Under the pieces are notes generated by a model, which worked only from the letters and a program-made list of their open reading frames with translations, searched no databases and had not been told where the DNA came from. This document shows positions 21,801 to 34,600 of a DNA stretch of 64,000 bases, one piece after another; within the stretch, counting starts at the first letter, position 1; every line of letters starts with the position of its first letter. The translations under genes and the position numbers were made by a program. Origin of the DNA: Diadema antillarum. Lineage: Eukaryota. The stretch is taken from assembly GCF_040938485.1 (NCBI RefSeq), contig NW_027270944.1, positions 806,001-870,000 of the forward strand, written 5' to 3'.

Positions 21801-24547
21801 TTTTTCCTTCTTCGCAAGCTAAGTTTTGAGTATTCCCTCGTGTCGACATTCTCAATCCTTAGAGAGAGAACAGATAATGAACTTGTTTGATGATATACGA
21901 TGGGTTGACCAGTAAATTGCGTAAATCGCAATTAAGACATAACAAATCTTTGCTGAGAGGCCGATATTGGACAGTATAATCTTTTTTCCCGCTCTCTACT
22001 TTGTACCTGAATCCTTTGATCCTTTTCCTGCTCTTCTTTTAATTCCAATCCGTCGTCATAATTTTGATTGCATGAGAGCTTAGTTTTCATGCTAGGGAAC
22101 TGCTTTATCATTTTAAATCGAAACGTATTTTGACATTGCTAACGTTGTATAGGTTTCTGATGATGAAATGGGCAAATCTGTAATAGCTGACTCACCGCAA
22201 ACATTAACTCTATTTAGTGTGAATTTTCGTGGAATCTGCTATATGAGCAAACCTACATCATGGTCCCCCAGGAAAACCGTGTAGTCCACTAGCTGTCCAC
22301 AAAAACATGTGAGTAGTTTCGACCAAATCAAGCATCTTGTGAGTGTGAGAGTGTGTACTTGTGTGTTTTTCATTCATTTTTTTAAGTTTAAAATGTCAGA
22401 ATTAGCTTGGTTATAAGACTGTTACATTATATGAACTTCTGGTGGACGTCAACATTATTCGTAATATTGTGAGACCCCAGTCCACATCTTCCCTACCCCC
22501 CCCCCCCCAACAAAAGTAACTCTGGTCAAAGCTGATTTCATTTAGGACAACGGTTTGGTGTTTGTTTGGTTTTTAATCTGAATGTCCCTCCCATGTTCTT
22601 CTTAGATACGATACAATAAACGATTTGACAATGAATCAAAATAACAATGTATATCACTCAACGGAAGACAGGCCACACGCAGAACGCATCATCTAGTCAT
22701 CAGTGATGAAGAAGTGGAATGCACGCCAACATTATAAACACCAATTGCGCCTTTGAGGGCGCTCGAACAAACCCCGAGAAAGGTCGGAAGAGTAAGTTTC
22801 TTCTTTCACGGTAGCTTTGGAAGCCTCTGTATATAGATTTGCCAGTTCGGGGTTCCGTTTTGCTCTAATGTAAATTGTGGACCATTCTGGTCATCTGTTC
22901 TACGCAAATTCATCTTTTGTTTGAACATGGCTGATGAATTCCATAAATTGTTACGTCGGGCAAGCAAAATGCATCATGTCGCTTTGTAAACGAGTGAAGT
23001 GCCTGGCGAACTGAGAAAAATAAAAAAAGGTTATTTCGTATCCACGTGCACATGAACCAAGNNNNNNNNNNNNNNNNNNNNNNNNNNNNNNNNNNNNNNN
23101 NNNNNNNNNNNNNNNNNNNNNNNNNNNNNNNNNNNNNNNNNNNNNNNNNNNNNNNNNNNNNNNNNNNNNNNNNNNNNNNNNNNNNNNNNNNNNNNNNNNN
23201 NNNNNNNNNNNNNNNNNNNNNNNNNNNNNNNNNNNNNNNNNNNNNNNNNNNNNNNNNNNNNNNNNNNNNNNNNNNNNNNNNNNNNNNNNNNNNNNNNNNN
23301 NNNNNNNNNNNNNNNTACGTGGTGGCAGATCTACATCTTCTGGGTTGTTGAATTGTTCCCTATAGTGGGCCACCAGGTCCTCCTTCAGCTGAGCGGTCTC
23401 TTCCGGGGTACAGATGAGACGCGTGGTCGGGGTCATTGAGGGGCTGGGTGCTGGAAACCATGGTAAAGACGACAACAACAAAAAATATATTATTTTTGTG
23501 CTCGTATGTCATCATTATGTCAATAAATTGACAGTCCCTAATGGGCCCACACATATCCGACTGGTGATAGAAACGTTTCTTCAATGTTATTACATTGGTG
23601 TCAATAATTTCTTTTTTTAAATCGATAAAAAGTGTCAGGTATACACTCGAGAAATTACGATTGCAGTTTTGAAAGAGAAAGGATGTAAGTTACACCGTTA
23701 TCTCCTGATATTAAGTTCAATTCTTGACAGGGGAAGATTAATTCTGCCATTAAAAAAATCTTAATAAAAAGTGTGCGCCTTTTTTTTTTCTTCTTGTGTG
23801 CACGAACTTATTGGATATGTGTGTATTGCATAATATTATATGTGTATTATGACCGCATGTTTTGCTCGTCTCCTCGACAGGGGGCGTGGCAATCAATATG
23901 CACAACTACCACGTCTTTGTAAGATAGTAGCTCAGTGAGTTACATTGTCAATGATCTGTTTTGTGCAGTGTGGCACAGCTTCTTGTCTGGTTGTCTTGAA
24001 TGATGAAAATGCAAGTGATAATGGTGGTCATAATAATATTCATTATGCTTATCATCATTATCATCATCATCATCATCACTATCATTATCATTGTTATGGT
24101 TGAAATTATTACCATTATCTAATATAGATATGGTAATATTGATTGAAACGCGACCCTGCAGTAACTGGTAATCCGCTTCACGAATAAAAATAAAGCGGTT
24201 TATGAATGCGGGGGAATTCCCAAATCCAGACCCCCTACAAAAGCAAATGAACGAACAAAACGACCACATACTCTCCGGCGTGGACGCGGTGGACGAGGCG
24301 GAGGTTGACGATGAGGCGGCGGTCTCGACATGCCCTTCGCAGCCGTTGTTGTGAACCACGATGCGTGTGCCGCTGAGGCAGGCCGCCCGATGGAGCTCGC
24401 AGTGGTTGTCGTAGATGACGCCGTCCGAGCCGCACACGGGTTTGTAGTGCGGCTTGCAGTACGGTCGGCAGATGCACTCGGCTGTGTTCGTGGTCTTGTT
24501 AACAAAGCATTCGCTTCCTTTGGGACACTCAACGCGGGAGCAGGCAT
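12116..24547 (-). CDS. FSTL5: Follistatin-related protein 4/5-like (FOLN-Kazal, EF-hand pair, 2 Ig, beta-propeller). Exons in transcript order: 24547-24272, 23450-23319, 18218-18012, 17231-17062, 16639-16519, 15809-15654, 15433-15305, 14800-14526, 13784-13551, 12826-12116; N-terminal exon(s) not found
   Basis: Ten AG/GT exons with consistent phases give 802 codons plus stop. Kazal '[28 protein letters not shown]' matches FSTL5 as recalled ([28 protein letters not shown]); Ig2 'CHAEGIPTPQKTW' matches 'CHAEGIP'; C-terminal 'DYITDSVV..GHPYVAPDGRYII..SGLFAPYLVTPA..VHCDI..VIVWIG' matches the FSTL4/5 propeller. Probably co-orthologous to vertebrate FSTL4 and FSTL5, so the symbol is approximate. Confidence 0.95.
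13551..13784 (-). CDS. FSTL5: FSTL4/5-like exon: beta-propeller
   Basis: gagcag|GTC ATC CAC...CAA|gtgagt; VIHTDDQPTSLHYVPHVDSLWVLC...HHTVHTEPVGHDFDLVEALYIP. Confidence 0.92.
14376..14430 (-). repeat. (GAATT)7 tail of a truncated LINE 3' end
   Basis: Minus strand GAAATAAGATTT(GAATT)n, the same junction as at 4998-5034. Confidence 0.55.
14526..14800 (-). CDS. FSTL5: FSTL4/5-like exon: start of beta-propeller
   Basis: cctcag|CT CTT TCT...GAG|gtgaga; HVFYLFHRDGIQTFEPDTC...CVWSDAVSVDDRYIYVTQPFENRVIVLD. Confidence 0.92.
15305..15433 (-). CDS. FSTL5: FSTL4/5-like exon: Ig2, C-terminal half
   Basis: tggcag|GT AAA AAC...CAT C|gtaagg; SSVVVQNISYRDTGEYACKATNPVAERSESASVFIQE. Confidence 0.92.
15654..15809 (-). 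CDS. FSTL5: FSTL4/5-like exon: Ig2, N-terminal half
   Basis: tgacag|TT CCG CCG...CAC G|gtaggc; VPPTVSVCPRNQLRTEGSRARVQCHAEGIPTPQKTWTRNNVPL. Confidence 0.92.
16519..16639 (-). CDS. FSTL5: FSTL4/5-like exon: Ig1, C-terminal half
   Basis: ccacag|CTT TAC...CAA G|gtaact; LYTGDTSLYLTDITLMHAGTYSCYAEGYEEVKQSHVLQVQ. Confidence 0.92.
16672..16736 (+). repeat. (TTTG)n microsatellite
   Basis: Read directly from the sequence. Confidence 0.95.
17062..17231 (-). CDS. FSTL5: FSTL4/5-like exon: Ig1, N-terminal half
   Basis: tttcag|AC ATT AAG...GGG|gtaaag; ...TTVGDNIALPCELSSDHRLEIRWTRNNVPL... Confidence 0.9.
18012..18218 (-). CDS. FSTL5: FSTL4/5-like exon: EF-hand pair
   Basis: tggcag|TA AAC AAG...TTC A|gtaaga; loops DTDGDDAISREE and DVNGDDKLSGLE. 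Confidence 0.92.
18870..19198. mobile_element. MITE with 18-bp TIRs and CCGGG/CACGG-rich subterminal repeats (PIF/Harbinger-like, tentative)
   Basis: TAATGCCCTAGTCACATA (18870-18887) versus TATGTGACTGGGGCATTA (19181-19198), one mismatch; GC-rich island in an AT-rich intron. Confidence 0.75.
20284..20647. mobile_element. Foldback MITE (about 165-bp inverted arms, about 30-bp loop), Kolobok-like ends; copy 1, in an FSTL4/5 intron
   Basis: The left arm TTAAAAGGGGAAGGCTAGTAACTGATCAGTGGGAATC... is the near reverse complement of the right arm ...GATTCCCACTGATCAGTTACTCGCCTTCCCCTTA; alignable to 53088-53432. Confidence 0.85.
23062..23315. other. Assembly gap, 3 nt into an FSTL4/5 intron
   Basis: Run of N. 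Confidence 1.
23319..23450 (-). CDS. FSTL5: FSTL4/5-like exon: linker before the EF-hands
   Basis: ttccag|CA CCC AGC...CCA C|gta then N-gap; PSPSMTPTTRLICTPEETAQLKEDLVAHYREQFNNPEDVDLPP. Confidence 0.85.
24272..24547 (-). CDS. FSTL5: FSTL4/5-like exon: follistatin-N + Kazal domain + S/T linker
   Basis: gatcag|AT GCC TGC...GAG A|gtatgt; [42 protein letters not shown]... Confidence 0.93.
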
Positions 24548-27036
24548 CTGATCCGTATGGTGGAGGAAAACAGCAAAATCATATGAAGAAAAAATAAAGA
24601 GAAAAAATTAGGAGAGAAAGGTCACGAATGATTGCAAATGGAATTTGATGACAACACAAATCGGGTTTTAACAAAGGCATGAAACAAGCCTGATAAGATC
24701 TCGATTAGATCTGAACTTTGTATAGGATTTATTTCGAACGTTGCTCGAGTCCACGGCACTGTTCTTTTAGTGTACAATATTGCTCTGCAATATTGCTTAA
24801 TTTGGACAAAATGAAAACGTTATGAATCGACGCTGGCATACCACGAAGAGAATGATAGAGCAAAATATCCGAAATGCTAGAGAAGTGGGCATTTCCAGGG
24901 TAATATCATTTTGCATTTAAGATTGTAGGCCCCCAAAAAGTAAAATGTCAAAAACATAGGTCATAATGTTTTTCGGAATACACTTAAGATACCAGTAAAC
25001 TGCAAACTTTAACATGCCATACCTTACGTATTCGTATCCTTTTCCTTCTGTCGCTAGGGGATTTTCCAAGCAAATTTTGCTACAGATTTATCACCAGCTT
25101 TAAACGACGACAGCAGCAAACCAAGCAAATGATCGTCCAGAATAACCAGTATATAACTTAATGAATACACAACTACGTAACTAGTAGGTCAATAAGGAAA
25201 TAACTCAATAATGAATTGATATCAACAAGATCTAGTTATTGCCTTGAAGGGGGATAGAACTTGGAGCTTTATATCTTGACGCAGCGGTATGTATATAAGA
25301 AAAAAACAGTGCAAACATGGCACTCTGCATGCTGTCATTTGAAGGGGTCAGAGAAATTATTACTATACCTTGGGTCTTCGATGAAATGACATCATGAGAC
25401 ACGATTTTTGTATGATCTCATTCGATTTATTTTTTATGTTGAATCTTTGGATGGATTTTTGTTTAATAGTAATGGCTGTTTGTCAATTGCATTGCTAGTA
25501 CATGTCGTTATATCACAACAGTAAATGTTAATGTGTGCGAATGGTTCGAATGCAATTTTCCTTAAGATATACGAGCATTCCCATATGAACATTTGGGATG
25601 CCCGTTCGTGGAATGCTGACGTGAACACAAAGAGATCCGAGCCACGACAAACAGCACGCTCGTTGAGATAACGTTCCTCATGTAAACAAGCAAAAACAAA
25701 ACGATAAAAACAAGACTTTAATTTGCCCACGACAATGTTGCCTACGTCATCATAAGAGGTCAGAGTTGACAATTCCCATTTCAGTGTTTCTGAAGAAGTA
25801 TCACCAGACCGCTTCAAAATATAGATACAACCGCAATGAGAACACTCAGGGAGGAACGTTTATATATTTCTATCCGTGCAAACTCCGGATTCTAAACTGC
25901 CAGCGTCCCGGATTACATCGAATCCCCGGAATGACAACGATAAAATTCAGCCATTTAAACGTCACCTGCAATTAGGGCTAAATGATCGTACGTGAATAAG
26001 TGAGTTGAGAGGTACATCTCAGAATGCAAGGAATGACATAAATCTTTGTCAGTTGCATTCGTTGTTGTTTTTCTCTTTTTTTTTCTTAAATTTGGTTGCG
26101 ATTTTCGGTTTATTGATTGATTGGTTTACATTATGAGACAGACAGAGTCGGACAGTTTGAGGATAAAATGGACCGTGATTTGACGGGATGTATATTCGGC
26201 CGAACCATCTGCATGTTATTTACAGCGAATTAGGAGTTTTCCTCCCCTATCCCTTCCCACGCAGCATTTATTGGTCCCCTTTCTCGCTGTAGCTTCTTAG
26301 AGGACAACTCATTGAAATAAAATATATCCCCATAATCATTCGAAACATAGGCCTACCTATATACTATAGTAGCATGCAACATTATCGTACACCAAAACTT
26401 GAACATGGATTTCCTAAGACTTCGAGGAATTTTTCTTTCTTCCTTTGTTTTGTATAATTACATCAAGATCAAAACGGAAACCTTACTACTATGGGAATTT
26501 AATACCAAAGATATACACCAAAGTTCTACACCTACATATACTCCTTTAAAAGGAGATTGAAGTTTTTTCTTTTGCAATCCTATAATGACGACCCCCAGAA
26601 TCAGATTAGTTCATAGGCTTATTTTGTTACCCGCCAGCAAAATCTTTATTCCCGTTCTTTTTATTAGATAAGATCTTCTTTAACTTATACCTCGCAGTTG
26701 AAGGGTTTGTTGTATATTCTTCTTTTCTTCTTCTTCTCTTTCTTCCTCAAACCTCCGAGGATCGTTGTCTCTGTTGCGTATTCCTGTCTATTTTGTTACC
26801 TCTTCGTCGCGCTATAGTCTTGTTTCATGTCGTGTCGTCAAGTCAGTTTTCTTCCCTATAAGTAGTCTTGTTGCTGTCCCAGTCTTGTCTCATGCTCATT
26901 ATTTTCTTTGTTATTGTTTTGTGTGTAAATGTTTGTCCGTCTGTCTCTTAGTGGGCTGCTAAACTTTTTATGCTAAACTTTTCGTGCTGCTTTGTTGCTA
27001 TATTCAGTCAAATTTTGCATCGAGTTTTTAATACGA

Positions 27037-27295
27037 GAGGGGCCCACACTCTACAAGCATTGTCTTTTTAGTGGGTCCCTCCGTTTTTTCACACAGTGCA
27101 TATTGACAATTCTTTCATTTTCGTTACCTCTGCAACAATTACAATGTATTGATACTGTTAGTTTTTCCCATTATTGTTGTTTTCTTTGTACGAATTTACA
27201 TGCATTGTTTCTGTCACTCAAGAAAGTGAGATTTATGTTTATATTACTTTATTGTGGAAAAACGAATAAATTCGAACTTGAACTTGAACTTGAAC
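27037..27295 (+). mobile_element. LINE 3' end fragment with AATAAA and (GAACTT)n tail
   Basis: GGGCCCACACTCTACAAGCATTGTCTTTTTAGTGGGTCCCTCC...AATAAATTC(GAACTT)3. Confidence 0.6.
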
Positions 27296-30200
27296 CTGAA
27301 AGAAATAAAACAATGTACGACATAACGTCAAAACACGCCTGCCCCTCCTATTTGATAAACTGATAACAGTTTTCAGTTCTATAGGCTCACAACGGGATAT
27401 TTCAAGACGATCCCTGTACAGTATACGATACCGATCGCTTGAGGTGTAAAATTGTACGATCAACTTTATTAATTTTATGTTAGAGGAAAAAATGATGCGT
27501 GCGGCAAGGATGTTTACACGGTAAGTTAAAGACCACATTCTTGGACGTAATCAGAGGGCTCGTTCTCAGCCATAATTGGACGCTGATGGTAAAAAGCTGT
27601 CAACCCCAGCCCAGTCCCACATTATTCAGAGCGTGTTGATGCTCACTTGACCTTTCCTTGTCCAAGATCGCTCATCATCTACGTTGGCAAATCGATGACT
27701 GGTTGATTAAAGCCTCCCCGCCCGACTGTTAAATTGCAGCACGTCACTGAGCTGAACATTCTAGCGCTTGATTCAATTAGGTTAAAGTACTATACACTAT
27801 GACTCCATAATGATACCGTTTATTCATACAAAAAAACGTCGACAACATTTCATAAAGATTATAAGTTCATGTATATTAATACTGAAATTACATGCCTCAA
27901 CACTTCGACAGAAAGCTGACACTAACACTAATAAGTATTTACTCTAAATTGTCTTTCAGGCTAAATCTTTATACCTATCAGGTAATACGACACAAATCTC
28001 TTGGTTCCCCTCCAACTGTCAAAAGGTTATCTGAAAAAAAAAAGGAATATTCTCTCCCATCTTCTCTGATCAGGTTTTGGGAAGCCCGAAGTAACATGGG
28101 AAAAAGCAAGATTGCAAATTTATGCTAAATGTAAATCGCCCGCAAACGGGCATCACATTATTGATACAATTATCACATCGAATCATCTATAGAAACAATA
28201 TTACCATCAGTTGGTACAAGATAATATGTTCCGCATCCACATACCACCAAAGATCTTCAATGATTCCTAGCTCAGTCCACCCCCCCGTTCCCCACCCTCA
28301 GACTTTCTTCTTTCCTCCCCCCCCCCCTCTTCAAACACACAATCTCTGCAAAGTAATAGCAAAATGTAACATATTCAAGAGGCAGTTGCCTGATCGCCTA
28401 CAAGATCTACAAGACACAGCATCGTGAACGAGGCAGTTGTCAAAACACAGAGGTTTCATTTTGTCATTTAGCGCGCCATACAGCGCGGAATTTCTGCACC
28501 TTATTGACTCGTGCATGGCATAACACCCAGACATAAGATGAAAAAAGAAAAAGGAGAAAAAAATAGAAGAAAAAAAAAAGGTAAGCTTGCAATAGCAAGG
28601 AACGTGGACGTCGTGTAGAATACTACCATGAAGTGTTGGCGTTGTCTATTTCTCTTATACATTGCATGGCTGATAGAATCTGACAAAACTCATGTTGTTT
28701 TACATCACTATCCGTGATTAAGAGACGAAACTAAATCTCTCTAAGGTATACACATAATACACGATGCATTATTATCATGTTTATCCGACACGTTTTATGA
28801 TTTTTTGAGTGCGCAAAATATCGATGTTAGCATTAATGGCTTTAAAGGGCTTCAAGGAGATGGCAATAAATTGTAACACATCTTTTCAAGGATTGCCAAC
28901 AATTTCCAACAAAGTAAACATTACTGCAGAAGGCTTACTTACGCCCTAATTCAGTCATAATCTTGATTTTTCAGAAACTAGTTTTCCTATATACAATATT
29001 GTGCAATGCAGTACCGTTACTGGAAATACAAATGTGTATAAGGGGTGCAGACAACAACAACAACGGTGACCCTTTTCCGTTTGGTCATTTTCTCGAGTAC
29101 AACGTCATTCCGCTAAACAGAAATGCACTCAGAGTGCATCCACCATCCGAGCTCAAACGGAAGCATGCCGCCACTACCCCTTTGCATTCAACTCCGTCCG
29201 TCCCGAGGCCCACACTCGTCCGATCATTACATGAATTTCAATTTCCCGGCATGTCTGCGGGGGCAATGCCAGCTCAGAAGCGGCAAGAAAAGATGAAGAA
29301 AGAGAGGAAGAGGACGAAGGAAGGCAGGATCGATTTTTGTCTCCATGGCAACGGGTTAACTTCTGGGATCGAGAACACTTGAGGGTGATGCCTAGAACGC
29401 TTGCCATGCATATTTATCAATTAGGTGATAGCTATCGGCACTCTTGTATATTCCCTTCCTCTATATCGCCCATATCCTTCCCGTGCCCCAATTCGATGTT
29501 ATCGCCACACGCGAGGGCATGCAGGGGAGCGCAAGTTTGTTTCTGGTGGTAAATGTTGTTGTTTTTTGGATGGGGGAGGATCTAGGGGAAGCGTGGGGGA
29601 GGGCAAGCTAAAAGTTATTGATATTCGACAGTAGAGAACATAATGATGTGCGTTTTGCATCATAATGCCGTATATAATATTGTGATATTATGCAATATGA
29701 CCTTAAGATCATCTGCACTTTGTCATGAAAGGTCGCGATGAATAAAGAGAGTGGATGTAAGGAACGTCAACACTTTCATTTAAACTGGAAAGGGCAATGC
29801 AGGAGTTGCTTTTATTTTTTTAGAGAGAAGATGGAAAATAGAGCAAGCTCTGTGTTAGGAAAGTGCCACGCACCACACAAAATGAACACATAAAAGAAAA
29901 ATCCATAACCACCTTGGCTTCTTTTGATGGGAGTGTGTCTTTATATTTCACGTTTCTGATCGTGTGTATTTTGTTGCGTCAAGAGAGCTTCGTCTGCATG
30001 CTTCATACAATAAGCCAGTTCAGGGCTCCACTTTGCGCATGAGCAGAAAAGGGTCATTAATTTTGTACCAACCAACAGGGCGTGTTGGTTTGTAAATTCA
30101 CAGAGATGAGCATCTGTTTATGCAATGATTATTCAAGTAATCTTTATAAATGGTGCTTGCCACCACATCCACCTGACAGCAAAGGTGGTATTTGGCAATG

Positions 30201-31578
30201 TCAATAGAAAAATGTTACTACATTATAATCTAAACGTCGACTTTCTCTGTCCGTTGTCTGTCCTTAAGGATGTTAAGGATATCTGTCATTCACAAACTCA
30301 CCGACAGCTGGGAAGACGTCGTTCACGTGCCATGAATCTTGAGCCTTTTTCTGTCAAAGAGATAAGAGAAATAAATATTTGTAAGCCTGAGGTTAATGGA
30401 TGCAGTTAAGAAGATATTCTCTTTTCATTCTGTGTCATTGTGATTGTCATTGCAAACGATATACTTTTAGAAAAATCATAATTATTGTGTTCTATAGGCT
30501 TTGTTTAGCATACTATTGTTTGGTAATGGCAGATATTTACGTGTACTTTAATGAAATGACAATGGTATATTACTTTGAATAAGGTGATTGGTGAAATTTG
30601 CGAGACAATTTTGTGATAATTTGGAATGTCACAACGCACTATCATCAAATGGTCGCTATTTTGTCCAAAAAAAATGCTCGTTGAGAAAGTTTACAACTAT
30701 GAACGGGCAAAAAAAACCATCCAACTACAATTTACCATTCTGAATCTTTTGTTGACATTCATGGGAAATGGATACTGTTATCCCGAAATGGGGGAGGGTA
30801 GGTTGGGGATAGGGGCATTGCATGGGTCAGACAATTAACCGGGAGATTGAAATACGCACAACATATTGGTCATACTATTCATTGCCATAATCATGCCTGA
30901 TATACAACGGATGTCGTTAGTATTCATGAAAATCTTATGAACTCATTCGCGGGAACATGTATCAAACAAGTGCACACACTCGCGAGTCTTGAACACGTTG
31001 ATTGGCAAACACTATCTATTTACACTCCACTTTGCCCGAAAATCGATGGTTCCACTTACAAAAAATTAAGCCAAACAAAACAAAAAACAAAACCCGAATC
31101 ACGAAAACAGTGTTTTTTCATCGAAGGTAAACGTCTTCGAAATCAGTCGATATGCATTAGATTGAAATAAATCATTTTCCCCGTCCCACTGCCTGCATGC
31201 TGAACAAATCGCGTTAAACGGATTAGATGAGCAAAAAATACCGTCACAAAATTAATTCACTTAATGTCACATTGTCTGGGCTGGCGCCTTCAAGCTAAAC
31301 TTTCACTTATAGGCTTGCCATAAATTCCGTGAAGCAATTCAACAAGATTGGAATGATGTGTGTGTGTGTGGGGGGGGGGGGGGAGGAGGGTGGAGGGGTG
31401 GAGGACTGGGAAGCGCAGAGAATGTCGACGAGAGAGAGAGAGAGAATCGCCCAATGCACCGACTGTTTTCAGAGTGCTTTGTCAAGATAAATCGAAAAAA
31501 CAGCCGGAACATTATACACGCATGCATGTGAAACATCCGTTGGGTAAATGACAATGAAACGTTTGTCTGAGTTTGAGC

Positions 31579-31617
<39 letters not shown>

Positions 31618-34600
31618 TGGGAGGAGGTTGGTTCTGTTTTTAAACAAAAAGAAAAGCGAAACGGAAACGAAAATAAAGAAATCTTTTCATTTCATTTTAT
31701 CTCATCTCATCTCTTTCGTTTCATGTCCTCTGCAACTGCAAATAAAGACTTGATATACGTACATAAGGACACAAAAACATAAATTACAAAAGATACAAAA
31801 GATACTATGAATCAAAATGGAATAAATGTTATGTCTTTTATGATAAATACAAAATCAAAACTGATTTTGATTTGACTTATATCGGTCTTCCACAACCTAA
31901 TGGTACCTTACGTTCCTTTTCAAAATATCAACATTATCGACACACCTTCCATTTGCCTTCACTCTAACGGAGTCACTCTCTTTATATTTTCAGTTCAACT
32001 TAGTTCATTGGCGGAAGGCATTAAAGGGAGCGCCGACATTGAAAAAAGAACAGAATCGCAGTGTACAATGTGAAGTGTCACAAAGCAAAACTGTGTGTTT
32101 GGATACCCAAATGAAACATGTAAAACAAATTCCCAACATGAACGATATCATAAAAAGACTATTTAAAGTTACAACACCACAGAGACAGAGATGTGAGGCA
32201 ATTCGAGGTAGAAAAAAAAAGAAACACTTTCTGCTGCCACTAACTTCGTTTTGGGTTCGCTTTAAATCTTTTATAATATTTCATGAACGATATATTTTAT
32301 GAAATATAATAACATATAAAAAAAACTATCTCTTGCCTTACGAAGGTTAAGGAATATCTCTTACAGATCGGGCAGCACAAAACCACACAATTTTGCCCGC
32401 CATTATTTTCCCGCCATTAGTAAAGTTAACACGTGACCACTCCCGAGACCGCTCAGGCAGCTGGAGAAACCGAGATGTGGCGCTAATGGCATCTGGAAAT
32501 GGGCGCTATGAAAGAGGAATAATTTTGCTGTAATTGGCAATTATCAACCTCCTCATCCCAGGGATTGAAATGCACCACAAATAGCTGTTTGGAATGATAT
32601 TGACTTTGAAGCAGGTGCAATGGTAAATTATCCCTAGTAGATTGCATTTCTGTCTTAGGGAGGGGGTGGGGAGGGACGGAAGGGGTAATGTCTTGGTGCC
32701 GATGTGTTTTTACTGCATGTGGAAGCCAACTGCTTTGTCAGGCTAGGTATCGGTAGATATATCTCATTCAGCACGCCCTTATCCTTATGAAGCTTGTGAC
32801 GATGTTTCGAGATGAATCTTCTACTATACAAATGCATGAAATTTTTCATTCATCTTTGCTTGATGAAATCGGGGAGATCGAATTTTGTAGGGCGTACCAT
32901 TAAGTACCGTTAACAATCAAGATGTTAACTTTCTCTGTTTGTCATAACAGAAAGAAAGAATGAGATTAAGGTGTGGGAGAATGAGCAAAGAATACATTAA
33001 TAAACCCACAGATAGTTATACGGAAATCGTTCCTTGAACTGCTGTGGATTGAGACGTTGATTTTACAAGAATATCGATCCAGATAAAGCAAAGAAAGCGG
33101 ATCATAATCATATTCATCATGCGCATTGGTCATTAAAGCTTATATCAATCGAGCGCAATAATTGCATGACGATAACGAAATTGAAGGGTATATGAATAGA
33201 TCTATGCTTCTGTTGCCCAAGTTCCGTTTTTAATATGTCCACATCTTCGAAAGATAACAAAGTGGGCGCATTACGATACGGGCTAAATGTGACGTCATGT
33301 CATGTGAGGCTGCTTACGGCATCGACACATTCTTGCACAGAGCTACGCGCGCACGAAATTAGAGTACATCTTTCTGATTATTCATAATACCGAACTTTGA
33401 CACGAAACTTGAGTGGTAATCTTATGAATTAAGACAGTGTACTCTCATAAAGAGGATTCGATTTCATTCCAATTTTTTTTTCATTTGCGCAGTCATCAAA
33501 TCAATGCGCAAACATTACTTACGAAATTAAACAAAATGCTCTAGTCTCTGATTATAAGATTAGAGAACGAGCTGCGATGCACATCGATATCTTGTACATC
33601 GAGGGTAAGTCAAGGCTAACTTGAATCCCCGAGGTCTGAAATTAGATGATAATCTAACCTTGGCACATTGCTCTATCACGTCATAACTTATATATTAATC
33701 TAAGACAAGAGTGGACGGTATTGCAGAGGGTTACCACTTTTGACGTTTCCCGACAGATGATTCCATACCGACACTTTGTTCTTATAGATGATATCACCAC
33801 ATTCCAATGAAATATTCATATTCGCATATAACCACTATCACTACCGACATCTGAGCTCGTCTAGATTCAAGCAAAGTCCCGTACAAGGGCACACCTTAAA
33901 AATCTCTACGGGGGAACTGCTCCTGCTGCTCTCCTCCATATACTCTCCCCCCCCCCCCCCCCCCCCGCCCCATCCCCTGTTGCATTCTGTCCCAGTATCT
34001 ATCTAGTCATCACCTTTCTTTCTTTCTTTTTTTCCATACGGCAGGGATCAGTCTGGAGAATGCCCTGATATACTGAAACCTGGTTATTCATACGCTGACC
34101 GAGACGGAAGGTCGCGCGGGTATAGAATCACGGCGGTGCTTCCTTCCGCAGCGATGATGGGGGCAGTCTGGCCGTGACCCGCCGGTGCGATTATGCTCAA
34201 ATTGATTCCGCATTAATGCTCGCGCTCTGCACTCGCTCCGTGTTGTGATGAATGTGTCATGGTATGAGTCAGACTGCTTCAAGCTTTATTCATCAACTCG
34301 TGGGAGTCAGACGTTTTCAATGCTGGTCATTCTTTAGCACTATCACCCCCCCCCCCCCCCCCTCCCCGTATACCTCTCTATGTAACTGATTGTCTGTCAT
34401 TTCATTTACAGTAGTCTCTTCAGCTATCTATTTACCGCGAAAGAAAATACACAAAGTGTGTGCATGAATGTGTGCACCTGTGTTCGCACGGATGCAACTT
34501 ATTCTATGCTCGCTTTTGGAAGGATAGATGGATGTATTTAGTGTGAATATATGTAGACACTTAGTCATCTATAAGCATGCATCCACATATCTTCTGAGGC

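Noticed and set aside
24842-24892. Hydrophobic mini-ORF MPTSLAFRIFCSIILFV with a good donor, as the FSTL4/5 signal exon
   Set aside because: The donor is phase 0 but the Kazal exon needs phase 1, and I found no bridging micro-exon.
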